A stretch of 64,000 bases of DNA from Epiperipatus broadwayi (lineage: Eukaryota > Animalia > Onychophora). The DNA is taken from assembly GCA_028023455.1 (NCBI GenBank), contig JAQFVV010000001.1:30566001-30630000 (forward strand), read 5' to 3'. Position numbers and translations under genes: made by a program. Below, piece by piece: positions 1-14,020 of this stretch. The notes beneath the pieces are model-generated. The model was not told where the DNA came from. It worked only from the letters and a program-made list of their open reading frames with translations, and did not search any database. The first letter of the stretch is position 1; each line of letters opens with the position of its first letter.

Positions 1-3000
1 CTAGTCAAGTTTGTATTCCAGATACTTGGACTCTTCGTTCTGCATGACAAGCCATACTTCTTGCCAGTTATTTTGTCAAAATTATTGATGCTCCAACAAC
101 AGTTTGTGACAAGCGGCTTGCAGTTAGAAAATGAGCCTACCAATTATTCCTAATGGTGTTTTTATGAATATGTGCAGCTAGGCACTTACCAAAGGCAAAT
201 TTCATGCTCTAGATCTATCTTCAGTCTCCAACATGACTTAAATTTACAAATCTGTAGAAAGTTGACCTGAACAGCCATCCTACATTGAAGTCTTAACTAA
301 CAGACAGCCTAAGACCCAATGACAAAATGGATAAAAGTGGCTACTTTTTCACAGAATTTGTGGAAAGCAAGAGTGACATAGTAGCTGTAATATAAACTTT
401 TGTATACCTTAAAATAAACCAAGTGTTGTTTGATGTATTTTCCTTACATATATGCGCATTACTTTTTGTTAACCATAATATTAGATTTAAATATATTTTT
501 CTTTTTTTTTTATGCATCTTTTAATTTATATATATGAATGATTTATTGTTTCTTTTAGAGTAAGCCTTAATTTAGAATTTATTATGTTAAAAAAATTAAC
601 TACAGAAGAATTCTTTTCTTTCATTTGGATTTTGATAGTTTTAAATAAAGTTTTAATTTCAGAGTAAGTATTATTATTGTATAATAATTTGATTCCACTC
701 CCTTCCCCTTTTTGAATATTTAAAACCTAAGTAGTTTTTTTTTTTTTTTTTAGTATATTCATTTTAACCTTTGAACAATAATTAGAAAACAATAAATTTC
801 TTAAGATGAAATTTAATCAGTCAGTAAAATCTTTTAAAGATTTGTAATAAGGTTTTGAATTAACTTTTTTTTTTAAATAGTATTAATCAATTAAGTTTAT
901 ATGTATGATTTGATTTAGATTTGTTAAAACATCTTAAAGCTTGTGTATAACATGCTTTATAAAAGTATTCATCTACTTTTACTGGTGTTAGCTAAATATT
1001 TACCCAATCAATATTATTATTGTATTTCCTCTGGTTGTCAGAATTGTCTACTGCCTTCATTGTAGTCTATTTATTCTGGCGTGACCTGGCTTTGATATAG
1101 TTAGCATGCCCACTTTATTTGATATTACGCTATGTAATCGTGAATTTTTCATAGCCTCTGACTGTGATGTTTCAGTCAAGCTCATATTCCTTTAAACCGA
1201 GGCTAGCAATCATTGAATTGTTTATTCACTTGTTTTTGCATGGTAAATTTAGAAAGAGCTTACCTGGCCTCATATATTGAATAGCCCTTCTTATTTTACA
1301 TATAATCATTATGTATATTATATTGCCACACATATGTGTCTTTATTGTCAGTGCATATATAAATAAGCATCCAGTGAGATGAATTGAATATTTTATTTCT
1401 TATTAAAAGTCATTCACATATAGATTATATATCATATTTTATAAAATCGTTGTTAAAAGATTATTTTAATCTTATTGAAGTAATTGAATTGGGGAATCAA
1501 TTTAACTATCAAAGCTGTTAATAATAATAAAATGCTCTCTTAAAACATCCATAGATGCAATATTAATCAAGTCTATGATTTCTTTATTTTCTTTTAAGTG
1601 TAATAATTATTATTATATTTATTAAATTAATTTGGCTGACATTTGTTTGCTATTGTCTATCTATCAATTGTTTAATAGCTATGAGTCTCGTATTCTAAGT
1701 CGAGCTAGTGTCAGGAGCAAAAATTTGTTTTCTCTTAAGTCTGCTCATCATCATTAATGAATATTCGGTCACCTTAAATAAATTTTCGAGGCTCATTAAT
1801 TAACCTATGCCCTCAAGTAACCAATGTTCTTAACTCATGATTTGGTACAATATATATAATTATAAATCAGTTGACATGAAGCTTGCAACAAAAAACATTA
1901 AGAATTTTTTTTAAATTAGAATTCAGTGGAAAAAAAGTAAGATGAGAAGAACAATTAATCCATAATTTTCCTTCTTATTACAAATGTAAGGCTTCTACTT
2001 ACTAATCAACTGCCTTAACCCACAATTGCTACAGTATGGTTTAAAAACATTCAGACTATAATTGATATTTCATACTGCTGCTAAGATATGTATTTGTTTT
2101 ATATAATTATCACCTTAAGTTTGATTTTTTTCATAAACATTATTAAATTATTTGTACAAAAAAATGTAAAAAATTTAGCCAGAAAATGAAGTAATTACTT
2201 TTTGTTTAATTGAATTTAGTTGCTTTATCAGTGATTTTAATGAAATAAATATTGCTATTTATTATTATTATCATTAGTTACAACATGTTTTATCATATTT
2301 CTTTTTAAAAGTAGCAAAAAAAGTTATCATTTGAAATAAATGAAAAAATTTACAGTCAATCATATACTACAAGTGGTATGAGAAAGCTCTGAAATGAAAA
2401 GGTAATTGGGGAGGTATAAAATTAAAACTACATGAGCTAAATTTAAACTAATTTGATTTTTAACTAATAGAGACATACCTAGGAAGATACTGAGAGGGAA
2501 TTTGAAAATTACGTGATATCACATAATGTTTGTAGATGTTGTGAATTAAATATAATCTTGAGTTTATCTTTCTACAATGCTTAGAGTAGAAAATATATTA
2601 AATAATCTTTACCAAAATTAAGATATGAAAAATATCTATTTAAAAAGATCTATCTATCAAAAAAACTTAAGTTGAAATCATGGGAAAAAATACTTCATCA
2701 AATAAATTGGCATATTTAAAATAATAAATTTATCTATAGTGTGTTCTTCAATATTCCAGTGTTGAGAATACATATTATCAAATAGACTACAATACTATAT
2801 CTATACAAAAAGTACTTTGATATAATCTTAATATTAGACTGCATAATAATTCTACCTGAATGTTTATAGTTTAATACTATTTATCCAGTCAAACAACAAT
2901 AAAAATAGAATTTGATAATCTTTTTTATGGCATTTCTTGTCACACTTTTTTGTGAATGTTTAAAAACTAAGTGAAATAAATATATCTATCGGTAAAAAAA

Positions 3001-3333
3001 TGGCATGCATTGTGCATATTTATGATATATTATGTCTTACAGTTTGCTTTTTAAGAATTCTTTCATGAAATTATTTTATTGTATTTTTTTTTTTTAAAAA
3101 AGAATGTATATATATTTATTTAAAAGCACAAAGAATTTAGAAGCAAAGATTTTGAAATAAAGAGTATGCACAATATTAATAATTACATTTTTACATTATA
3201 TGAAAATGAATTATCTCAATAAATTATTTGAATTATATTCTTCAGAAAGTAAAACTTAATTATAAAATAAAATTAAGTTCACCAATATAATACCAATAAT
3301 TGCATTTTCAGATATTACTTTGTAAAAGAAATT

Positions 3334-3335
<2 letters not shown>

Positions 3336-3400
<65 letters not shown>
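3336..3400. repeat. (TA)n microsatellite
   Basis: About 32 TA units with one interruption, read directly. Confidence 0.95.
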
Positions 3401-3401
<1 letters not shown>

Positions 3402-4180
3402 CTTTGTTCTTATAAACAATGTCATGCACATGTTTATAAATTAGCTAAATGCAGTTAGAAATATATATTTATTCCTTCATTTTATCAGTTTTATTATTAT
3501 TAAATAAACACTTAAATTACTACAATAGTCTAATATTTATCTTATTAGGAAATAAAGACACTCTTAAATGGATGTTTTTTTATCAAAAACTTGAATTTGA
3601 ATAAGAAATAAAATGTTCTGATTTTTTACAAAAAAAAAAATTCATAATAATGATCATTTACTACTATTATAAGTTATTTGAATCAAAATTTTATGTAGAA
3701 TGATTTTAAATTAATACTAATCAAAAATTACCAAAATGTATAAATTATGAATAAATTTAAAATTAATAACTTAAATATATTTTAAATTTTTTAGTTTAAT
3801 TTATAATGATTATATTTTTTTAGCTTTATTGATTTTTACATCGTGTTAATTTAAAGAAGAATACAATAGTTTATCTTTATTATTATGCTATGTAATGTCA
3901 TTGTTAAAACTGTATCTTCATTCTAATGTATAATAATAAAAAGTTAATATGGCATATTAGTAGTCAATAGATTAAAATATCTAAAATAAAGATTGTATGT
4001 GTATATATTATCACTTGGAAATGTTATAATAAACACATTAATGTTACTTCATAATTGTATTTCATTAAAATAGAATATGTTAAAATGGCATTTTATAAAT
4101 AAAAAAAAACTTTTAACAGAATTCCTGGTTTTATTAATACATCTTAGACTGAAAGATTTTTTCTCAAAATTTTCAAAGTA

Positions 4181-5646
4181 CACCCGGGTCTCTTTTTGTT
4201 CGGATTTTTTTAATGCGATTTTGAAATTATGCAATTCATGTTTCTTCTTTATGCAATAAAGAAGTTCATATTGCATTTAAAATCAGGATTTCCCCATTTT
4301 ATATACACACTTTATATTTTACGTACTTTAAATGCCTGTTAGAAAAAGGTTTGGCAATAAATTTAGATACTGTAGAAGATTTTTAAAAAGATAATGAAAC
4401 AAGTGGTAAAACCTGTTCGTTTCACAGCAGAAAATGATTCAAGAAAGTCTTCAACTTTTTAATCAATTGGACAATCATTTTCTTGTTAATGACATGAATT
4501 ATGAATGAGCTCTTAAATTCCAACGAGAGCTAAATAGTTGTATGTCTGGATATTATTATGAGCTTCATAAACAATAAAATCATCATCTCATAGCTTAATC
4601 ACCAATTACATTGTCAACAGAAAACCATTAACTTTTAGACTGAAAATTTTTTATTGGCTGAGTGAATTAAAGTTTTAAACTTTTGATTGCTTCTATTACA
4701 GAATCAGCAGTAAAAATATATTCGTCTTTTAATATTAGATTCGTTTATAAAAAGCAAATTAATAATTTGTCAGATTATGAAAGTGAATGAAAGTTTTTTC
4801 AAAAATAAATTTTTATTTATAATTATAAAAATATTCTATAGCAGAGAACATAAAAAGAATGTTCGTAACCTATTAGAAAATGGTGCGTACATTGTTGATT
4901 TCTTTCTCAATTTACGTTCATGTAAAAGTAAAGAATTTTTTCTAAAATAATTATATTTTCAGCATATTTTATCAAAATAATTTATGATGTGTAAAAAAAT
5001 ACTCTAAAATATATATTTTCTTTTTTAATATCAAAACAAAGAACTTGGAGCTGTCAAATTGTTGTCAAGCACTCCCTATGGTTCAAAATAAGCAGCAACA
5101 AATCAGTGCCTTATGGTACATTTTAAGCTTTAAAAAGACCGTAAATTTGCTACGATAGTGTAAAAATTGATGGTTTTAAAGTGATTTGAAGCCATGCACA
5201 AAATTTTTCAGTTGATGCATCTTATTAAATACAGCACGAAACTTAATTTGGTGCTAATTGTATTTCCTCTTGTGATGAATCTGATTTCTTATCAGTTCAC
5301 AAACACACCTATTGTCAAATAGCGATAAAAAAAGTAAAAAAAATTTAAATAAATTACTCCTAAAAACATATTGTTTCGAATAAAATTAAATAGTAAATTT
5401 AAAAAAGTTCATCTTGTATCAATTTTTTTCAAATATTTGAAATTTTTTATTAGTTATACTTTATTTTCTTATTTTTTTATATGAATTTTAAAGTAATTTT
5501 ACCTTGTTGGTTTGCTTTTATGCGATTATTGAAAATTATGGAACATATCCCACATTTTTCAATGTAAGTTAAATCTATTTTTGTATGATTTTTTTTATGC
5601 GAGTTTTTTGTGGAATCTATCTACTGCATAAAAAGAGACCCAGATG
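4181..5646 (+). mobile_element. pogo/Tigger-like (Tc1/mariner superfamily) non-autonomous element
   Basis: TIRs CACCCGGGTCTCTTTTT (4181) and AAAAGAGACCCAGATG (ends 5646), each flanked by TA. Internal remnant YE*ALKFQRELNSCMSGYYYELHKQ (~4500-4575) resembles a Tigger transposase C-terminus. A second copy is at 57012-57856. Confidence 0.75.
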
Positions 5647-6179
5647 TAATCATAGCTAAGATTTAAAAAAAAAATTATTTATTTGAATATTTGTTTATAT
5701 ATTTTAATATAAAATATGCTTATTATGTTAATCATTTTGCTGAAGTCACAAAAAATTAATCTATTTATTTGAATATTTTTACATATTATTTTTTTTTTTT
5801 ACTTTCACAATGATATTGTTATAAATGCTATAAGATCTAGATAAAATATGCCGTTTTACAGATGATCCAGGATAAACCATACATTTATAAATATTAATAA
5901 GTGGATATTTTGTAAAGAGAAAAGTTTAAATGTCCTGTATTAAAGTGAGTAATAAACGAAAAAAATACTTTTAGTAAACCACTTTCAATATGGATGTCTT
6001 TGGAAGTGCAAAACTTTTTATATATTACTGATTACTTATTTTTATTGTTATTATATTGTTGATGTAAAAGAGATTTAATTTTGCAAGTTCTTTATATAAG
6101 TATCATTTTAATTTTCTTTCTTATAAATATTAGTCCTAATTTTTTATTATTAGATACCATTAAACTGACATCAACTCTA

Positions 6180-6500
6180 AAAAGTATTTCACCAGGTTGA
6201 TTTATTATTTGGTTGATTTTTCAAGCTGTTCTTATTACTGTTTGTTCTCTTTTTTCACCAGAACCACCATTATATCATCATGGCAACATTATACATTTTT
6301 CTAATAAATTACATCAACTCATTATAAGAGCAAAATATAACAATTTTAATCTGGTTATTTGAGCTTCAAATGAAAATTCAGTTGTAATTTCTTCACACAC
6401 TCAATTGTGGATTTTTTTGCTGACCATTTCAAAAGTCTTCATCAGCATATTTTTCTCATCCATCCTCTTTAATGACCAACTTCCACATTCTTAAAAATAA
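6180..6500 (-). mobile_element. decayed RTE-type LINE 3' coding remnant
   Basis: Minus strand QITRLKLLYFALIMS resembles the RTE/BovB C-terminal KLKLQYFGHLMR motif; many stops. Confidence 0.35.
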
Positions 6501-6677
6501 GCAAAAAATTCTGATAATAGTTCATATTTTGAGTGTCTATGATTATAATGTAATTCCAAAACAGCAAATCTTGCTTAAAAAAGCCCTGATGCTTAAATCA
6601 TCTTAATGTTTTAAGTAATTTAAACTGCACTTTATGCAAAAAAGTGAATCTTGCAAAATATTATTAAAGAGTTATAT

Positions 6678-6720
6678 GGCTAAGGGCTTTCAGAGATCTT
6701 AAGTCTCCATATTCATAGCC
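6678..6720 (-). ncRNA. type I minimal hammerhead ribozyme fold, A3-U8 core variant
   Basis: Minus strand GGCT-ATGAATA-T-GGAGA-CTTAAGA-TCTCT-GAA-AGCCCT-T-AGCC: stem I GGCT/AGCC, stem II GGAGA/TCTCT, GAAA box and short stem III. Confidence 0.65.
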
Positions 6721-9119
6721 TACTTTACTTGAAGTTCAGCTGTGATTTATGTTAATTATGGTTTAATTATTTTATTAATAAATATTTATTTAAAATTAAG
6801 TTTTGAGAATAGACTTTTTTTGATTAATTTATAATAATCATTAAACTCTGATTTTTGCCTCATTTATAGACAAAAAAAATATTTAATATTTTTTTCCAAT
6901 CTTCGAATTTCTGACTAAAAGAAATGAATGTTTTTTTTTCTTCCTGTCTTCTACTTTCTTCTCAGTTTAATGTCTCTCCTATACAATCAAATTATGCACA
7001 CATATATGTATCTGTTTATATATGAAACGAGTATTAATGTTTTGTGAGAATATATGAAAAATGTAATTATAATGTAACTTTTTTTTAAGTCAACAAGTAT
7101 ATGTAAAAATAAATTATTGGACAAAGTAGAAATTTAATTATTACTATTTTATAAATCTAATTCTATTAGTTATATACATAATGTAATGTTATAATTAATA
7201 ACTATTAAATTACATATACACAATATAATTCTAAAAACGCATGAACCATACTTTGGAAAAAAATTTATACACCTGTCATGTACTGAATTGTATATTAAAA
7301 ATTAAATTGAAAATGTTACTCAAATAAATTCTAATTTATGCTTCATTTTTTTATATATAAATTATAATATTCTGGAAGTTATAAAATTTTAAAAGGTTTC
7401 TTTGCATTTTTTTATATTAGAAGTTGCCAAATTTTAGTGAGTCAAATATTTTGTATTGTATTTATATATCCAACATTTAATATTAATATTTATGCTAGCA
7501 AATAAATTTTCAGTTTCTAATGTCTTTACAAATGCATTTTAATGCTGATTATCATAATTATATCAAACCTAATATCTTATTGTTAGGAAATTTTTAATAT
7601 AATGATTGTTTTCCCTGTATGTTTCATTGCATGCTTAATTCTATGCTATCTGCTCTCCTGATTATAGTAGTATTTATGTTGATGATTAACAGTGTGTTAG
7701 TTTGTTTTACCAAATAGACATGAAGGTAAATTAGCAGTAGGATATTATGAACAGGTGTTAACATTTGATCATTATCTTTGGCTGTTTGTCATTTATTATC
7801 TTTCCTTAATACAGTTCATTTTAATACTTCAGTATTTAGAGGGTCATCATAAACTTTAATGAGTTTTATTTACTATAGCATTTTGGCAAAATATGTAACT
7901 TTATTTTCAGGATTTATTATGGATATATATTTTTTCCATTTTTAAATTATTGTTGTTGTTGTTGTTGTTGTGCTGGGAATGTACTCTTAATTAAACATTT
8001 TGTTTGGTGATTATTAAATTTGATATTTCTATTAGCTTCTTTTTTTCTTCTTATTTTCTAATTAATTAAAAGATTTTTTGATGTTTGAAGTAATTTGCAA
8101 GTTCATAATTACTATTATTAGTAATAGTAATAATTATATTAATTTATTTTTAAAACTCAGATGTTTATTATTGTCAGTATTGCGTTTTTGTTTTATTTTT
8201 TTTTAATTATTATTTTTTATATATATTTCTGACTTAACCATTTTTTAAAATAAAAAAAAAGCAGCAACAACATTGGAATTGAAAAAATTGTTTGAAATGT
8301 TAGTGTAATATTACATCATTTAATAAAGATTTAACGATCTTTTAATTCAGTTGCTAAAGTTACCAGATGATTGACAAACAAGAAATTTAATTAACTCCAT
8401 TAAACATAAAATTACATTTGCCAAGTGTTGTACAAGTGCTATAATGATGTTAGTCAAGTTCATTGCTTGTATAGGCATTGATTGCTTTATGATGCCCACT
8501 GTGTAGGGAAAAAAGTGAACTTTGTTAATCAACTTGTTAATAAAATAATGCAATTGACTGTGAGTTAGTGGTTTACAATTCAATAAAAACTACTGAAACA
8601 TGTTTACCTTATTAATTAACTAATTTTCTCTACCTTAAATTTTTTTTATAATACCTGTTTGCTTGTTAATAGTTCTCGGAAAATTTTTTAATAATATACT
8701 TTACATTGAAATATTTAATTTGAGAATTTACTTTATTTTTGATAGAAAATAATAATAATTATTAAAAATTATGTGTAACTTTTTTGTTGTATGCTTTAGA
8801 TCTTATTTCAACACTTTTTTTTACTATAATTAATTAATGATGAAGGCTACATTTAAATGTAATGAAACTCTATATAATATATGTTGTAAAGAATTAGATT
8901 TCATATATATAGTTAGCTACATATTGGTTACCAATTTTATGCAATGGAGTGAATTAGAAAGTACAATCTATTTATATTTATATAATCATCAATTTTGAGT
9001 AGTCATGGAGAAACTGTAATGATAGATTTATTTAGTAAAACACAGCTTCTATTTTTTTTTTTTTTAAGAATAAGTTAAAACCTATCCTATAAAACCATCT
9101 TATAGTTTTCTACCAAATA

Positions 9120-10700
9120 TTAAAATTATTCCATCTACAGCAATATTCATAACCAGATTTGCTTGCGAAATGTCAGGCATTGAGACTGATGAACTAGGTT
9201 TACTAGTAGACAGAGATCTCATTATTACAATATTTTTAACCTATATTGATGAACTCATTAAGCATAAAAGCACTTGAATCCATTATTAAAGATAAATCAA
9301 AGCCTTACATATTTCCCATAACATCACAGATGCTGTTAAAGTGTTCATCTATTAGTCAAACAGCCTTCTTATTTAAAACTATTATAGATGCACTTAGATA
9401 CAATAAAAAACAATCCAATAGAAATTCAACTAGACATTAACTCAGCATTTGATACTATCCCTATAGATAAGTTCATTAATATAATTACTTGACATAGAAG
9501 CCCTGAAAGCTTATCTATGTTTTAACTAGTCTTTTATTAAATAAAGAAATATATGTAACTTACAATGGAAAGTTATTCCATCCCATTATTTTATACTGTT
9601 CAGTATCACAAGGTTTGCCCTTAAATGCACTTTTATTTACTTTTTACATAAATTAATTAATTAAAGCTATGGAAAATGAACTTCTTGGGATATATAAATA
9701 TCAGGTTTAAAATTTTATATTGCATGTATTTTACATATAGATGATATTTTAGTTCTTTATTTATCAAGATACAAATTCCACAATTATTAAATTGACTTTC
9801 TGATTATACTAATAAATATAAACTTGAATGTCCAACATAGAGAAGTCATGTGTTTGGCAAATGTGCTTTGGTTATTGCCCGAATGAACATTTTAAGGGGG
9901 TACCAAGAACCTTTCTTGTTTTTCATCTAAATCAATCTGAAATTAGTAATATAGGAAAAACTTAAAAACAAAATATAAAACATGTTTAATTCACTATCAT
10001 TGGCTTATCTTTGACTATGTGCTAAAGTCTTATTATTCAATATACTTGTGCTTACAAAGATTTAATTATTATACATCTGTAATAATGTTTTTCAAAAGTA
10101 TGCACTAACTACTGCTTTACACTATGTAGAAAGTTTCTTTGAATGAAAAGAATAACTACAGACCCAATTAAACTTCTCCAATGGCCATTGCAGTAAAACA
10201 GTCTCATGACATATAAATATTTAGAACTCAAAAGATTTGCAAGTTAATTTTGGTATGTATTAAGGTCTTCTCAATCCTAAAACTTGTTTTTAAAATTATT
10301 CCCATCCTCTCCTCTTGCAAGGTATTGATCCATTTTTGTCAATCTAAAAACTTAATTTTGTCTTCTTAAAAAGAATATAATTATTGTGAAGTCTATGTAC
10401 TATTAAATATCTCAGTTCTCAATATAATGATAAAACCTGCTCTCAGTAGCAATAATAAATGACTGTGTCATAAACTTAGATTGTTGTCACTTGCTATTTA
10501 AAACTGAAGTTAGTTTTACCCACACTGCAGAGGCAGAAATACAATTTTATATTTTTGTTTTTACATGTCTTGCCTATGAATGCATTCATGCAATGATTCT
10601 TGTATTATTTGAAGACAAAAAAATTGGCATAATTTATTTTTAAGGATTTTCACCAAGGGTAGTTTCAATTATTGGAACTTATCAGTTCATGCTCTGTGGT
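9120..10700 (+). mobile_element. highly decayed non-LTR retrotransposon (RT plus C-terminal zinc-knuckle remnant)
   Basis: Collinear remnants CSVSQGLPLNALLFTFYIN (~9595-9655; GVPQG-like), LHIDDILV (~9730-9755; YADD-like) and PHCRGRNTILYF..TCLAY (~10520-10580; CCHC-like). Confidence 0.6.
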
Positions 10701-10920
10701 GTGCAAAATGGATTTTTACATATAATAATAATAATAATTTATTTATTTATTATTAATCAAACAATACATATAAAAAAGAGAGAGAGGAATACTCCAAACA
10801 AGATAAACTTGTGCTAGGAGTCTTTCTTAAATTATTAATTACAAACCAAAAAAAAAAAAAAAATAACAATAATAATAATATATAATTGTTAATTAGAGAA
10901 GATATTAATTAGTATTAAAG

Positions 10921-11270
10921 TTTATCGGCTTAACGTTTTCGAGGATCCATGCCTCATATTCATAGCCTTCATAAAATGTATAATAAAATATGCAAATACA
11001 AATATTCAAATAAGCTAGTATTACGTAGCCCATTTCTTCAAGATCTCAAAGCAAGTATCCTTTCTATTAATGGCATGGATGTTTCCATTGATGTAAAATG
11101 CCTCCTTTATTTTTCTTTTGTGATCATTTGATTCTGAGCACAATATTATGGGATTGGCGGGTGTGAAGTTGTGTCCAGATTGTTTAGCATGCTCCAAGAA
11201 TACAGAGGACGGGTTGCTGTTTTTCTGAGCTCTGTTAAATGTGTAAATATGTTGACCCAAATACATGACT
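10921..11270 (-). mobile_element. 5'-truncated Penelope-like element (GIY-YIG C-terminus + 3' UTR with hammerhead)
   Basis: VFLEHAKQSGHNF...ESNDHKRKIKEAFYI...AINRKDT is a typical PLE Uri/GIY-YIG C-terminus. The hammerhead lies about 54 nt after the stop. A homologous copy is at 22187-22500. Confidence 0.85.
10927..10967 (-). ncRNA. type I minimal hammerhead ribozyme, A3-U8 core variant
   Basis: Minus strand GGCT-ATGAATA-T-GAGG-CATGGAT-CCTC-GAA-AACGTT-A-AGCC, with palindromic stem III AACGTT. Predicted cleavage is after UUA (between 10931 and 10930). Confidence 0.8.
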
Positions 11271-14020
11271 ATACTATAAATACAAAAATAAGTAAACCAA
11301 AACAAATAATATAAGGATAATACAACCAAAGAGAAATACATATTAAATAAAATATGTACATATTAATTAATCAATATATTACTCATGAGACAATAACCAA
11401 AATTTTAAATATTTTTTAAAAATATAAAAAGATAAATTATCAACATCAATTGAACAGTCAGTAACAAAAGAATTAAAGAGACTGAAGCCATTGTAACTAA
11501 ATTGCCTACTACTGCTTTCTAATGAAAAATCTGGAACCACCAGTTGAAATTTGTTAGCCAAGCGAGTATTTATAACTGATACTTTATGACACAGTAAAAA
11601 ACAACGACAATATATATTAATGACAAGTCTAAACTTATATAGTTTAGAAACAGATAACACTCCAGAATTGACATATATATCTCTCACAGAAGTCACTCTA
11701 GGTCTTCCAAAAATAATACGCATTGTATAATTTTGCAAAGTATATAATTGAGATAGTGAATAATCAGTAGAGCCACCCCAAATAGAAATATTGTAATATA
11801 ATATACTCTGATAACAAGCAAAATATAGTCATCAAAGGAGATCTAGGTATGAATTTCACCAGATAATAGAACAAATAATTAATTTTATGTAATCGAGAAC
11901 ATAAGTAGACAATGTGCTTAGAGAAAGATAACCTTGAATCAATATAGATGCCTAAATAGCAAAAATTATCAACAAAACTAATGTTACAATATGTACAATT
12001 ACTTTTTGAATGAACATTATACTGATCACAAATCCTAATGCTAATTGAATGTGTGCAGTGTTTATAAGAGAACAAAATACCTCTGGTTTTGTTACAATTA
12101 ACAGTTACATAATTTATCATAAGCCAGTTACTTATTAATTCTAGATCTTTATTAATCAATTGCCCCAGAATACTATATGAAACAGCATCATAAGACAAAG
12201 CAATATCATCAGCAAACCCATAAATCTTTGAATTCAAAGATAAATTAAAGATGTCATTTATTTAAATTAAAAATAGTATAGAGCCAAGTACAGAACCTTG
12301 TGGAACACCATGATTAACTAATCCAAAATCACCAATAATACCATGTATTTTAGTAGCCTGTCTCCTATCCTTCATGTAACTTAACAACCAAGAAGCAAAA
12401 TGACCTCTAAAACCATATGAACACAAACGATGTAACAAAACTGTATGATTAACAGAGTCCGAATGCCTTGGACAAATCCAAATAAACAGCTGCTGTCTTG
12501 AGACCCTTATCCAATGATGATGTCACATTATGTACATGATTATAAATAGCATCTAAAGTATTTTTTCCAGCAATAAAGCCAAACTGATACACATAAATCA
12601 CTTTATGAACATTCAAAAATGACATCATCTTATCCTTAACTGCCATCTCAAATAATTTAGCAACAAGGATCAAAAAATGGGTGTAATAACCCTACTTTCA
12701 AACATTCAGGAAATACACCAGAAGATAAGGATAGGTTAAACAAGTAAACTAATACAGATATAAAAGCTAATTTATTATCTTTCACACTTAATTTATCTAA
12801 TCCAGAAGGGCGAACATTTTTTAAATCGTGAATTAGATGTGATAACTGAAGATCAGAAACATCTGAACAAAAGGAAGTATCAGAAACAAGTGTAGAAGTC
12901 ATATCATTAAGATGGTCCTATGTGTGGTCTACATACAAAGAAATTATTAAAAAGATCACGTATTTTTCATTACCTTGTACTTCTAACATGATATCATTAT
13001 TCTTAACATAAGTAATTTGATTACATTTTTTTAACCAAAGAGTTTACTGCTTTCCACTTCAAAGAAACATTTTTATTACAAAGAAATTCCCTTTAATAAT
13101 TCGATTTTGCTATTTTAATATCACATTTAATTTCTTTATTAATCTGCTTTAAGACAATTGAACTGGCAGAACGTTTTAACCTATTTCTAAAATTAATTTT
13201 TTCAATCAACTGATCTGAAATCCACAAAGAACGTTTTATAGTTTTATTATTTAATTTAATACGATAAGTAGCCTTATCAATCAAAGAATAACAAATATTT
13301 TGGAATTCTAAAAAAGCTTTATCGAACATTATCCGAATCAAAAATACAATTCTAGTTTTGAATTGATAACAAGCAATTTAATTTAATATGTGATAATTTA
13401 TCAACATACCTATAGCTAGTCGAATTATTACGAATCATAGACAACTTTAAAAAAATTGCAAAATGATCAGTAATATTTAATTCAGATACACCAGATTCCA
13501 AATTATAATCCTGATCAAGTCTAATAAAAATATGATCAAGCGTTAAGCGCGTAGGTGAAAAAATTAACTGATCAAAACCACAACTATATAACAAATCATC
13601 CAAATATTCACAGGTAGAATTATGGTCCCCACTCAATAAATCAATATTTATATTACCAATCATTACAACAGAAGATGAACACAAATTAGATAACAGATTA
13701 TCAAGTTCATAAATAAAAGCTATAATAGAACTAGTACACGATCTATAAATTGCAATTAATGAAAGAACTCCGTTTGGAAAATTAAGTGTTACCAATATTG
13801 ATTCAGCAGTAGTAAAGCTGAGAATCTCATAAATATAATTTAATCCATTTTTTTTATAAAAATCATAAGACCTCCTGATCCTGAATAAGAACGTGGCGCA
13901 AGTAAACTCTTATAACCGTCCGAAACATATAAATATTGTTCCTCGTTAGAAATCCATGTTTCAGACAGAATAATATAATTTATTTTAAGTCCATTTAAAA
14001 ATACATTTAATTCATCAACA

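Larger units (their letters stand above)
10725..14020 (-). mobile_element. CR1/L2-group LINE (APE endonuclease + RT), degraded, 3' UTR interrupted by a Penelope-like fragment
   Basis: EN motifs IILSETWI (~13960) and VVMIGNINIDLL..TRLTLDHIF (13352-13795). RT motifs AAVYLDLSKAF, GVPQGSVLGSILF and YGFADDIAL. C-terminal ORF 11379-11738. 3' stem-loop (10791-10821) and TAA-rich tail (~10725-10750). Confidence 0.9.

Noticed and set aside
191-255. Minus-strand mini-exon ICKFKSCWRLKIDLEHEICL with GTAAGT donor
   Set aside because: Splice signals are present but the peptide is unrecognised and has no supporting neighbours.
6415-6450. Minus-strand CTGATGA...GAAA
   Set aside because: Stem II is weak and there is no stem I pairing at positions 1.1/2.1; it lies within RTE coding remnant.
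7718-7754. Possible micro-exon HEGKLAVGYYEQ
   Set aside because: Ends in EQ|GT but does not match tankyrase YRGEQ context; splice signals alone are common in this DNA.
9160-9200. GAAA...CTGATGA hammerhead-like arrangement
   Set aside because: Stems I and II cannot form in the correct register.
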